64,000 nucleotides of DNA from Candidatus Dormiibacterota bacterium (GTDB taxonomy: Bacteria > Chloroflexota > Dormibacteria > Aeolococcales > Aeolococcaceae). The stretch covers positions 2,848,001-2,912,000 of the forward strand of contig OY970355.1 in assembly GCA_963718525.1 (NCBI GenBank), given 5' to 3'. The position numbers and the translations under genes were made by a program. The notes below the pieces were generated by a model. That model searched no databases. It saw only the letters and a program-made list of their open reading frames with translations, and was not told where the DNA came from. Shown one piece after another: positions 1-9,011 of the stretch. Positions within the stretch are counted from its first letter, which is position 1, and each line of letters opens with the position of its first letter.

Positions 1-963
1 AGCACCGCGGAGAACCCGACAGTGGCATCGGCGCCGACCGCATTTGCGACGTCGAGAATCAGCTGGCTCGAGCGGTAGTTCGTTTCCAGGACGACGGTGG
101 TTGACGATGGAAAGACGCGATCGAACTCGAGGATATGTCGCGGTTCGGCAGCGCGGAACGAATAGAGCGCCTGCGCGTCGTCACCAACCACGGTGATCCG
201 TGGATCCGCGTGACGCAGTCCTTTCAGGATGTCGACCTGCAGCTCATTCACGTCCTGGTACTCGTCGACGAGCACGTGATCGAGCGACCCGGCAAGACGA
301 GGACCGAGACGGTCGTCCTGCGCTGCCGCACGCCAGAACAGCAGAAGATCATCGAGGTCGACGAGTTCCTGCGGACCGCTTGCGATGCACGTAGCCTCGG
401 CAGATCTCGGCAATTGCGTCGATGCAATCCGCAGCCCAGGGCGCGACCTCGGGGACGACAGATGACACGGGCCGTCCAGTGTTGACCGCCGACGAGTAGA
501 TATCAACGAGCAGCGCCTTGCGTGGGAATCGCCGGCGTGTCGATGCGGCGTGACCCTGCTCGTCGCGGACCATATCGATGACATCCGCGGCGTCAGCAGC
601 GTCCAGCACCGAGAACCCCTCCGGAAGCCCGAGCGTCGCGGCGTAACGGCGGAGCGTCCGGTGCGCGATGGCGTGAAAGGTGCCACCGGTGACCCGTGCA
701 GCGGGTGAACCCGAGCCCCGACTGAGGCCGGCCGTCGCCATCAGCGACGACGTTCGAGCCAGCATCTGGCGCGCGGCGCGACGAGTGAAGGTGAGCAGCA
801 GGAGCCGTTCTGGTGGCGCCCCGGTCGCAAGCAGCCAAGCGACTCGGGCGGATAGCGTTGTTGTCTTGCCGGTGCCGGCGCCCGCAAGGATCCTGAGGGG
901 GCCACCAGCGTGTGTGACAGCCGTCCGCTGGGCATCGGTCAGGTGGTCGAGCCACTCGAACAT
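1..963 (-). CDS. uvrD: UvrD/REP-family ATP-dependent DNA helicase, runs off the window edge; apparent frameshift near 370
   Basis: Q-motif LTDAQRTAV, Walker A AGAGTGKTT, LLTFTRRAA, GTFHA; after a frame change near 370 it continues LVDLDDLL...HVLVDEYQDVNELQ...VVGDDAQALYSFR...LETNYRS. Confidence 0.93.
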
Positions 964-971
964 TCGTTCGA
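956..971. promoter_or_regulatory. LexA SOS box overlapping the leaderless uvrD start
   Basis: Perfect TCGAAC-ATTC-GTTCGA dyad; minus-strand -10 TATGAT lies 7 nt before ATG 963. Confidence 0.85.
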
Positions 972-1033
972 TCATACTGCCGGACCCCGAGGCCGGGTGA
1001 AGTGCAGGTGCGACTGGGCGATACCCTTGCGAA

Positions 1034-1582
1034 ATGCGACCCCTTCGGTACTCCATCAACGTCACGCTGGACGGGTGCTGCGACCATCGCGCAATCCCCG
1101 CGGATGAAGAGTTGCATCGTCATGCGGCCGAGAACCTCAACCAGGCCGATGCCCTGATCTTTGGCCGGGTGACGTACGAAATGATGGAATCATCCTGGCG
1201 GCCGCAGGCGCCGACAGGAGAGCGACCTGATTGGATGGAACCCTTCGCCCAGACGATCAACTCGGCGAAGAAGTACGTCGTGTCGAGCACCCTGGACCAG
1301 GTCGATTGGAACGCGGAACTCGTGCGCGGGGATCTGGGCAAGGCCGTCCAGCAGCTCAAGCAGGAGTCGGGCAAAGGACTGCTCGTGGGAGGTGTGAAGC
1401 TCCCACTGGCGTTGACGGAGCTGGGATTGATCGATGAGTACGAGCTCTTGGTGCATCCCAGGCTGGCGGGCCATGGGCCGAGGTTGTTCGCGGGGCTATC
1501 GAAGCATGTCGACTTGAAGCTCGTGGGCCGGCTGGAGTACGGCTCGGGGGCTGTGGCGATGCGGTACAAGCCGAGCAGGTAG
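1034..1582 (+). CDS. Dihydrofolate reductase/RibD C-terminal domain protein
   Basis: YSINVTLDGC, IFGRVTYEMM, KYVVSSTL, LIDEYELLVHPRLAGHG. Confidence 0.9.
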   Translation: MRPLRYSINVTLDGCCDHRAIPADEELHRHAAENLNQADALIFGRVTYEMMESSWRPQAPTGERPDWMEPFAQTINSAKKYVVSSTLDQVDWNAELVRGDLGKAVQQLKQESGKGLLVGGVKLPLALTELGLIDEYELLVHPRLAGHGPRLFAGLSKHVDLKLVGRLEYGSGAVAMRYKPSR

Positions 1583-1631
1583 GCACCAGGATCGGCTGGG
1601 CAGCCGTCGCGAGCGAGAGGATCGTCTCGCG

Positions 1632-2255
1632 CTATTTGGTCAGCAGCGTGGCGATGACGTTGATCGTCGTCGACACGACCACGACCCCGAACAGGTAGGA
1701 GAGCAGCGCATGACGAATCGCCGTGATGCGAATCGATTTCGCGTTGAGGTCAGTGTCGGAGACCTGGAAGGTCATCCCGATGGTCAGCGCGACGTACAGA
1801 AAGTCCCGGAAATCAGGCGGTTGGTCAGCGTGGAAGTCGATGCCTGCATCCTGGCTGTAGTAGAGCCGCGCGTAGCGCAGCATGAAGACGACGTGAACGG
1901 CGGCCCACGAAAGCACCACGCTCGCAACGACGAGTGTGGTGATGGCGGACTTGACGAAGCCGTGGGATGAGCCGGCCGCGATCAGCGCCAAGGCAACACT
2001 GACCAGGCTCGCGATGTTCGCGCCGACGAGAATTGCTTCAGCCGCGGTCCGTGAATCGTCCACCGTCATCGCCGCCCGCTTGGTCGCCGCGCTGTCCTTG
2101 CCGCGAATTCCGACATAGACGATCGCGATGAATGCCGCGGAGGTCACGTCCCACCCCACGAGGATCGCCACCTGCCACTCGGTCAAGGGGAGCGCGATCC
2201 CAAAGCCGATGATCCCGAGCACAAGGCATATGGCCAGCCGGGCCCGTGCGTTCAT
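1632..2255 (-). CDS. DUF1345 family membrane protein
   Basis: Several TM segments; YARLYY...GIDF...PPDFRDFLYVALTIGMTFQVSDT signature. Confidence 0.9.
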   Translation of the reverse strand: MNARARLAICLVLGIIGFGIALPLTEWQVAILVGWDVTSAAFIAIVYVGIRGKDSAATKRAAMTVDDSRTAAEAILVGANIASLVSVALALIAAGSSHGFVKSAITTLVVASVVLSWAAVHVVFMLRYARLYYSQDAGIDFHADQPPDFRDFLYVALTIGMTFQVSDTDLNAKSIRITAIRHALLSYLFGVVVVSTTINVIATLLTK

Positions 2256-2317
2256 TCGGCCGAGTGTCGCATGGCGTCGTCAGCCCCGAACGCCCGCAGT
2301 GAGACACCGCGTCCGAT

Positions 2318-2644
2318 TCAGCGCTCGAGCGCTTGCTCAAGCTGTGCTTTGTTCATTCGCGAACGGCCCTTGAGATTGCGCTCACTCGCCTCGTTGCGAA
2401 GCTGATCGTATGTCCTCCCACCGGAGCCGGAGTGTGACCGCAGGCCGCCACGCCGGCCGGATGAGATGTCTTCGGTCGAGGTCCGGCTCGCAGTCATGGA
2501 CTCGCCGGCTCGTGCGCGCTCCTTGTTCACTGTGCGGGCGGCGATCTCCTCGGCAGTGTCCTCATCGCGGCCGCGAGCCTCGAGGCCCTCTTTGATGTGC
2601 TCGTACTGTCGCTCTCGTTTTGGCGTCCACGCCTTGACGGGCAT
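2318..2644 (-). CDS. Conserved small basic protein (often labelled 'plasmid stabilization protein') with a Rho-N-like C-terminus
   Basis: AWTPKRERQYEHIK...EEIAARTVNKERAR; TYDQLRNEA...GRSRMNKAQLEQAL; AAGGAG RBS upstream. Confidence 0.8.
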   Translation of the reverse strand: MPVKAWTPKRERQYEHIKEGLEARGRDEDTAEEIAARTVNKERARAGESMTASRTSTEDISSGRRGGLRSHSGSGGRTYDQLRNEASERNLKGRSRMNKAQLEQALER

Positions 2645-2822
2645 CTTCCGGTCTCCTTGATGGCAGGCTAGTCATGCTTTATGACAGATAGCCTATCACC
2701 TTAGTGCGCGCTCACAGGCTGTTCGCACGGCGGCGAGGCCGGCGCCCACGTGGTACACGGAAGGTAGGCTTGTGCGACGCCATCCGGGCTCAGAACCAGG
2801 AAGTTCGAGTGTTGTCGGAGTG

Positions 2823-3689
2823 ATGAAGCAAGAGGAACGCACCCAGCCCCCGTACACGCAGATCGTTGGGGCACTTGAGGAGCTCCCGGGCCTGGAAGGC
2901 CTGAGTGAGGTCCTCGTCAAAGCGCTCGAGCCGGTGACACGGCGTCGGAACCTCATGGACCTGCTGCACGGTCGGTGGCTGGGCCACGCGCTGCATCCAG
3001 CGATGAGTGATCTGCCGATCGGGTTGTGGGCGAGCGTGCCCGTGCTCGACCTCATCGGTGACAAGCGCGGCGCCGCGACGCTCACAGCCGCGGGCTGCCT
3101 CGCGTCCGCGGCAACCGCGGCGACGGGGACGGCCGACTGGTCGGTCACGTATGGTCGCGACCGCCGCCTCGCACTGGTGCACGGACTCGCCAACACTGCC
3201 GTGCTCGGACTCCAACTGGGATCTCTGGCCGCGCGCATTCGCGGCCGCACCGCGCGCGGACGCTTGCTCTCCGCAACCGGCCTCGCGGTCGGGGCGGCTG
3301 CGGCGTATCTCGGCGGCGATCTTGTGCTGGACCGGGCCTTGATGGTCAATCACACGGCCGGGCTTGGCGGCCCCGCGGAGTGGACCGATGTCGCAGACGA
3401 CGCTGCCGTCACCGAGGGAGCTCTGACCGCCGTCGAAGTCGAAGATCGCAAAGTCGTTCTGACCCGCGTGGGCGGCACCGTCTGCGCGCTCGAGAACACG
3501 TGCACCCACGCCGGGGGTCCCTTGAATGAAGGAACCGTCGAGGACGGAACTGTCATCTGCCCGTGGCACGGCTCGCGATTCCGGCTCAGCGACGGCGCCG
3601 TCCTGGGCGGGCCTGCGACGTTTCCACAGCCGCGGCTCGAGACTCGGAAGGTCGCGGGCCGGGTCCAGATCCGAGGGCGCGAAGCCTGA
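2823..3689 (+). CDS. DUF2231 membrane domain fused to a Rieske [2Fe-2S] ferredoxin domain
   Basis: LHGRWLGHALHPAMSDLPIG, TGTADW, HGLAN; Rieske ligands CTHAGG and CPWHGSRF. Confidence 0.92.
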   Translation: MKQEERTQPPYTQIVGALEELPGLEGLSEVLVKALEPVTRRRNLMDLLHGRWLGHALHPAMSDLPIGLWASVPVLDLIGDKRGAATLTAAGCLASAATAATGTADWSVTYGRDRRLALVHGLANTAVLGLQLGSLAARIRGRTARGRLLSATGLAVGAAAAYLGGDLVLDRALMVNHTAGLGGPAEWTDVADDAAVTEGALTAVEVEDRKVVLTRVGGTVCALENTCTHAGGPLNEGTVEDGTVICPWHGSRFRLSDGAVLGGPATFPQPRLETRKVAGRVQIRGREA

Positions 3690-3699
3690 GCTCCCGCAG

Positions 3700-5203
3700 C
3701 ATTTGCGTCGGGCGGTACACCATTGCTAGCCGCGTCCGCTCAGGAGCGATAGGAGTGGACGATTCGCAGGCCGTCTTCGGGCACTACGTCGGCCACGACG
3801 AGCCCTCGGTGCTCTTCTACTCGAACAAGAACGGCTCCGGGAACGAGATGCAGTACAGCGGCTCGCTTCCCAAGGCGCCGACTCCAACCAACGTCCCCGG
3901 CAAGCATATCTACACGTTTGAATACACGCCGGCGTTCTGGTTCGGCATGGCGATGTGCGACACCCAGTCCTACCCGGAGCTCGTCAACTCGTGTGTTCCA
4001 GACAGTAATGTCAACATCGTCGATCCCACGAAGAGTCCGTATCACCCCGGCGCCGCGTACATGGAGCTGCAGTTCTATCCACCAGGCTATGTCCAGCAAT
4101 GGAACGGCTTCAGCTGCTCCCCCACCCAATGGTGCGTGGCCCTGAACATTGACAGCTTGTCGCTGAACCCGCTGACCGGGCAGCAAACAATTCCGCCTGC
4201 GAGAGCCTCGTCGGTGAGGAGTACGTCAACTTCGCGTACCTGACGCACAACGGCATACCACAGGGGCCGCCAACCCGGTTCAGTTCCAGGCGCTCGCGTC
4301 CGGGACACCAGACCCGCATAAGGTCGAATTCCTGAACCAGGGCGACACCTTCACGGTCACCCTGCACGACACACCGAGCGGACTACAGGCAGTGGTGAAG
4401 GACACGACCACGACACCTCCGGCTCCATGACCGCGAGCGCCGCCAATGGGTTCGGCCAGGTGAAGTACGCCCCCAACCCCTCCACCACCTGCAAGAACAT
4501 CCCCTACAACTTCCATCCGATGTATGCGACCTCAACGTCGCAGACGACCGTGCCGTGGGCAGCGGCGACGTACAACGTGGCCTTCGATACGGAGATCGGA
4601 CACTTCGACTACTGCAGTAGCGTCGACGCCACGACCGGTACCTGCGCGGGCAACGAGGGGATCAAGAGCAATACCGAGGTGTGGGACTACGACGACGTGG
4701 GCTGCTGGCCGGGTTCGTCATCCGGTCTCATCAAGATCGGCGCCTGCGAGGGTTCGAACGTCGGCTATGACGGCACGGCATACCTCCCCGACTGGCCGAA
4801 CGCCACATCGTCCCGCCCGACGCCGTTCATCTTCACAAGCCCGCTGACGGGGAGCGCGTACAACGCCAACTACTCGTCGGTTGGCTTCAACACGGACCTG
4901 CCTGCCATCGAGGGCAGCCTCGGTACGTGCAACAACACCACGGGTGCCGGCTGCACGATCATCCCGCCGACTGACGACGGGGCACCGGCGCAGTTCTACC
5001 CGTACTACACGACCGGCACGGCACTTGGTGGGTGCGCGTGGACTGTCGGTCAGAACTACCCCGGGTTCAGTACCAGGGATTTCGGTGCGCACCGGCAGTA
5101 TGGGCAGCTGCTGAAGGTCGCCTACTCGGGGCCTGGTGGCGTTGCCTCGTATTCGTACAACGACTACCAGAACAACCTGGAGGGCAATCCCTGCCCTCGC
5201 TGA
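3700..5203 (+). pseudogene. Cys-rich secreted-type hypothetical protein, 5'-truncated, with three frameshifts
   Basis: Coding-like frame GHDEPSVLFYS...MELQFYPPG...WCVALNIDS is continuous with the 4427-5203 ORF if one base is restored at about 4187, 4271 and 4413; no start codon or signal peptide. Confidence 0.7.
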
Positions 5204-5214
5204 CGTAATCGGTC

Positions 5215-5245
5215 CGGGAGGAGCCGCCGTCGCGCGGCTCCTCCC
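5215..5245 (+). terminator. GC-rich hairpin after the secreted-protein gene
   Basis: GGGAGGAGCCGC...GCGGCTCCTCCC inverted repeat; no U-tract. Confidence 0.55.
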
Positions 5246-5360
5246 ACCAACCGGGATCTCGCTCAACTCGCCCTCGAGCAGGTGGTTCTCGGGCGGCCAC
5301 CATGTGCCCATCTGCTCGGTGAGCACCTTGAACGTACACTTGGGGGCCTCACCAGCCCGA
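5240..5360 (-). pseudogene. Remnant of an SRPBCC/Aha1-family gene (N-terminal part)
   Basis: Reads FKVLTEQMGTWWPPENHLLEGELSEIPVGGR, resembling the SRPBCC N-terminus (F.VFT..FG.WWP..H..L.......EP.VGGR). Confidence 0.55.
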
Positions 5361-5380
5361 ACGTCGCGGAGCGCGCAGCC

Positions 5381-6352
5381 TTGCCTGGTTCGTCATTCGA
5401 CGCCGCCACGGGTCCCCTGACGCAGCCGGTGCTGAGTCCGCTCACCGGCGCGGCGATCTTTCTGGTGGTCGCCATCAACGCCGGCGGCGAATCTGCGACT
5501 CGCGACCTGCTCGGCGACTGTGCCGGGCTGCAGCGAGCCGTCGGATTCCGGATCCCCGACGGCGGGCTCACCTGCGTGGTCGGCGTGGGATCGGAGGCCT
5601 GGGACCGCTTGTTCGCCGGCGCACGACCGGCGCAGTTGCATCCCTTCCGCCAGATCGCCGGCGCCAAGCACCGAGCCGTGGCCACTCCGGGTGATCTGCT
5701 GTTTCACATTCGCGCTTCGGAGATGGATCTCTGTTTCGAGCTCGCCGGCCAGATCATGGACCGGCTCCGCGACGTGGCCACGGTCGTCGATGAGATCCAC
5801 GGATTCAAGTACTTCGACGAGCGTGACCTGCTCGGCTTCGTGGACGGGACCGAGAATCCGACCGGACGTGTCGCCTTTGACGCGGTGATGATCGGTGACG
5901 AGGACCCTGCGTTCGCAGGCGGGAGCTACGTCATCGTGCAGAAGTACGTCCACGACCTTCACAGCTGGAATGCGCTCTCGGTGGAGGCTCAGGAACATGT
6001 GGTGGGACGCACCAAGCTGGCCGACATCGAACTCGCCGACGATATGAAACCGAGCAACTCGCACGTCGCGCTCAACGTCATCACCGATGCCGATGGCAAG
6101 GAACTGAAGATCCTGCGGGACAACATGGCGTTCGGGAACGTCGGTCGCGATGAGTTCGGGACCTTCTACATCGCCTACGCGCGCACGCCGGCGGTGACGG
6201 AGTTGCTGCTCAACAACATGTTCATCGGCGACCCGCCCGGCAATTACGATCGAATCCTCGACTACTCGACAGCGCTCACCGGCGCCCTGTTCTTCGTGCC
6301 GTCGCAGGACTTTCTCGACGCCCCGCCGGAGCTTCCCGCACCGTCGCCCTAA
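5381..6352 (+). CDS. dyp: Dyp-type heme peroxidase (start uncertain)
   Basis: QPVLSPLTGAAIFLV, GFVDGTENP (GxxDG), GGSYVIVQKYVHD, SNSHVAL, ILRDNMAFG. Confidence 0.95.
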   Translation: MPGSSFDAATGPLTQPVLSPLTGAAIFLVVAINAGGESATRDLLGDCAGLQRAVGFRIPDGGLTCVVGVGSEAWDRLFAGARPAQLHPFRQIAGAKHRAVATPGDLLFHIRASEMDLCFELAGQIMDRLRDVATVVDEIHGFKYFDERDLLGFVDGTENPTGRVAFDAVMIGDEDPAFAGGSYVIVQKYVHDLHSWNALSVEAQEHVVGRTKLADIELADDMKPSNSHVALNVITDADGKELKILRDNMAFGNVGRDEFGTFYIAYARTPAVTELLLNNMFIGDPPGNYDRILDYSTALTGALFFVPSQDFLDAPPELPAPSP

Positions 6353-6370
6353 CGGTCGCAGCAGCGGCGC

Positions 6371-7588
6371 CTAGCGAATCCTCACGTGTCGAGGATCGAG
6401 CTCGGAGACGGCCCGAACTCCGAGGAGCTGCATGGTCCGCCGCATCTCACGCTCCAGGATTGCGGTAGCGCGCTCGACCCCGCGCTCACCCCCCGCCATC
6501 AGTCCGTACAGGTACGCCCGGCCGACCAGGACGTTGCGCGCGCCCAGCGCGGCGGCGGCCACGATGTCGGCGCCGCTCATCACTCCCGTGTCAACCCAGA
6601 CCTCGGTTCGATCGCCCACCGCATCGACCACCGCTGGGACGAGGCTCAACGGCACCGGTGCACGATCGAGCTGGCGGCCCCCGTGATTGGAAAGCACGAT
6701 GGCCTCAACTCCAGCCGCCGCCATGCGTCGTGCATCATCCACCGACTGGATGCCCTTCACGATGAGCGGGCCTGCCCAGAACGATCGGACCCATTCGAGA
6801 TCCGACATCGTCATGGTGGGATCGAACAACTCATCGATCAGCTCGGCAATCGTGCGGTTCCATCCGGCCATGGAAGCGAAGGTCAGCGGTGCCGTGGTCA
6901 GGAGGTTCGCCCACCACGCCGGATGCGTGGCGATGTCGGCAAGCGTGTTGAGACTGAGCTTCGGGGGTATGGAGAAACCATTGCGCGCGTCGCGCAGGCG
7001 GTTCCCCGCCACGGGCACGTCGACAGTCAGGATCAGCGCTTCGTAGCCGGCGGCGCCGGCCCGCGTCATCAGCTCTTCGCCTGCGCTGCGGTCCTTCCAG
7101 ACATACAGTTGAAACCACTTGCGCGCGGCCGGCGCCGCGACGGCGATGTCCTCGATTGAGGTGGTCCCCATGGTGGAAAGGGCATATGGAATGCCGTGCC
7201 GCTCCGCGACGTGAGCTACCGCACGCTCTCCCTCGTGGTGCATCAGTCGGGTGAAGCCGGTCGGTGCGAATGCAAAGGGCGCTGATGATATGCGCCCCAG
7301 CACATCGCACGATGTATCGACGGCAGACACGTCGTGAAGCACCGCCGGCAGGAATTCGAGTCGCTGGAACATCCTGCGGGCTCGCTGCAGGCTGACCTCC
7401 CCTTCGGCTGCCCCGTCGGTGTAATCGAACACCGCTCGCGGAACTCGTCTGCGCGCCGTCATGCGCAGGTCAGCAATGGTGAGGGCTGCAGCCAGCCGGC
7501 GCTTGGTTGGGTTGCGTTCGACAGGTCGCACGCGCAGCAGTGGCTTGATCTCGGACCATCTCGGCAGCTGACGCTGCGGTTCGTGCAC
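6371..7588 (-). CDS. lldD: FMN-dependent alpha-hydroxy-acid dehydrogenase (L-lactate dehydrogenase)
   Basis: FDYTDGAA, WFQLY, LTVDVP, SNHGGRQLD; GTG start with GAGGAG RBS. Confidence 0.92.
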   Translation of the reverse strand: MHEPQRQLPRWSEIKPLLRVRPVERNPTKRRLAAALTIADLRMTARRRVPRAVFDYTDGAAEGEVSLQRARRMFQRLEFLPAVLHDVSAVDTSCDVLGRISSAPFAFAPTGFTRLMHHEGERAVAHVAERHGIPYALSTMGTTSIEDIAVAAPAARKWFQLYVWKDRSAGEELMTRAGAAGYEALILTVDVPVAGNRLRDARNGFSIPPKLSLNTLADIATHPAWWANLLTTAPLTFASMAGWNRTIAELIDELFDPTMTMSDLEWVRSFWAGPLIVKGIQSVDDARRMAAAGVEAIVLSNHGGRQLDRAPVPLSLVPAVVDAVGDRTEVWVDTGVMSGADIVAAAALGARNVLVGRAYLYGLMAGGERGVERATAILEREMRRTMQLLGVRAVSELDPRHVRIR

Positions 7589-7605
7589 TGATGTCTCCTC
7601 GGGAA

Positions 7606-8562
7606 TCACGTCGCGACGCAACTCAACGCCTCGATGACGGCGGACACGAACGCCTCGCCCCCTCCGTGACCGGTGTCGTCGATGATCTGGAGGCGGCTGG
7701 TGGTCCAGTTCCGGGACAGCAGCCACGCCGTCTCGAGCGGGCTGCTGACGTCGTACCGGCCATGGATCAGGACTCCGGGGATCCCGGCAAGCACCGCTGC
7801 ATCGCGGAGGAGTCGATTGTCCTCAAGGAAGGCGGCATGTCGCCAGTAATGGGTGACCAGGCGAGCGAACCTCAGACGGAACTCCGGGTCGTCAAATCGA
7901 GGGTTGTGCTGATGTCCGGGGACAAGCGAGACGTGGGTGTCCTCCCACGCGCACCACGCTCGGGCGGCACGCTCCCGAACGTCGGGATCCGCGTCGAACA
8001 GCAGGGTTGCATACGTGTCAACCAACGACGTCGCCCGCAACCGCTCGGGCACGGAGGAGGCAAACTGTTCCCACTCCGCGGGAAAGATGCGCCCCACGTC
8101 ACGCGCGATCCAGTCGACCTCGCGGCGCGACGTTGTCGTGACCAGCGCCAGGACGAGGCCTCTGACTCGCTCCGGATGTGACTCGGCATAGGCCAGGCCC
8201 AGGGTTGTTCCCCAGGACATGCCCAGCACCACCCACCGATCGATCCCGAGACGCTCGCGAAGACGTTCCATATCGGCGATCAGATGCGCCGTGGTGTTGC
8301 TGCTCAGGTCTGCATCCGGCTCGCTGGCCAGAGGCCGGCTGCGGCCGGATCCGCGCTGGTCGAACAGCACGGCGTGGTACGCATCCGGATCGAAGAAACG
8401 ACGCTGATTCGGCGTGCACCCCGACCCCGGTCCACCGTGCAGAAACACCGCAGGTATGCCCTTGGGGTTGCCACACGTCTCCCAGTACATGGTGTGTCCG
8501 TCGCCGACACGCAACATGCCGCCGTCGTTGGGTTCGATCGATGGGAACAGGCCCGGCGCCAC
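7606..8562 (-). CDS. pip: Prolyl aminopeptidase (proline iminopeptidase)
   Basis: FLHGGPGSG, FDQRGSGRSRP, nucleophile GMSWG, HGRYD, TGH. Confidence 0.95.
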   Translation of the reverse strand: MAPGLFPSIEPNDGGMLRVGDGHTMYWETCGNPKGIPAVFLHGGPGSGCTPNQRRFFDPDAYHAVLFDQRGSGRSRPLASEPDADLSSNTTAHLIADMERLRERLGIDRWVVLGMSWGTTLGLAYAESHPERVRGLVLALVTTTSRREVDWIARDVGRIFPAEWEQFASSVPERLRATSLVDTYATLLFDADPDVRERAARAWCAWEDTHVSLVPGHQHNPRFDDPEFRLRFARLVTHYWRHAAFLEDNRLLRDAAVLAGIPGVLIHGRYDVSSPLETAWLLSRNWTTSRLQIIDDTGHGGGEAFVSAVIEALSCVAT

Positions 8563-8644
8563 ACACGTCCTCCACGTTGGATCAGCTTCGGACCGATCCT
8601 AGCCGCCGGTGTCGTGGCCGAGGATTCCGCGCCGTCTGATGACG

Positions 8645-8938
8645 TCAGGCCGAAGCCTCGCCGGGCCACGGCGAGCTCGCGACCTCGAGGATTCGTTCGA
8701 ATGGGATCGCGGCCTCTTCAGCAACACGCCGCACCGATGTCTCGGAGCCCTCGAATCGGCAGAGCACGACCTCGTCGCGGGGCATGAGGAGAGAGCCGAG
8801 ATACCGAACATTCTCGCCGTTGCGAGTCAGCTCGGCGGCGCGTGCGGCCACACGCTGGTCAAGCGCGCTCAGATCTGCCTCGCGAACTCCGGGCCAGAAA
8901 CACTCGGCCACGAACTGCGTCGCAAACGACGGCTGCAT
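8645..8938 (-). CDS. DUF4242/SCO4226-like small putative nickel-binding protein
   Basis: FVAECFWPG...VRYLGSLLMPRDEVVLCRFEG...VRRVAEEAAIPFERI; lies directly downstream of the LAL regulator. Confidence 0.75.
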   Translation of the reverse strand: MQPSFATQFVAECFWPGVREADLSALDQRVAARAAELTRNGENVRYLGSLLMPRDEVVLCRFEGSETSVRRVAEEAAIPFERILEVASSPWPGEASA

Positions 8939-9011
8939 GGGGACAGCATGGCCATGAGCGGAGGCAGATGAAAGTGGGAAAACCCTACGTTCCGGCGGCT
9001 CCGACCCTACG
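8939..9011 (-). promoter_or_regulatory. Activator-type promoter with tandem CGTAGGGT repeats (copy 1)
   Basis: Minus strand CGTAGGGT-N14-CGTAGGGTTTTCCC-AC-TTTCAT-N17-CATGCT-N6-ATG; same layout recurs at 38154-38226. Confidence 0.65.

Noticed and set aside
2318-2644. 'Plasmid stabilization protein' as a toxin-antitoxin or plasmid marker
   Set aside because: No RelE/ParE features, no antitoxin partner, no plasmid genes
2666-2693. Dyad GGCTA-GTCAT-N5-ATGAC-N3-TAGCC
   Set aside because: Single imperfect instance; operator, leader hairpin and chance cannot be distinguished
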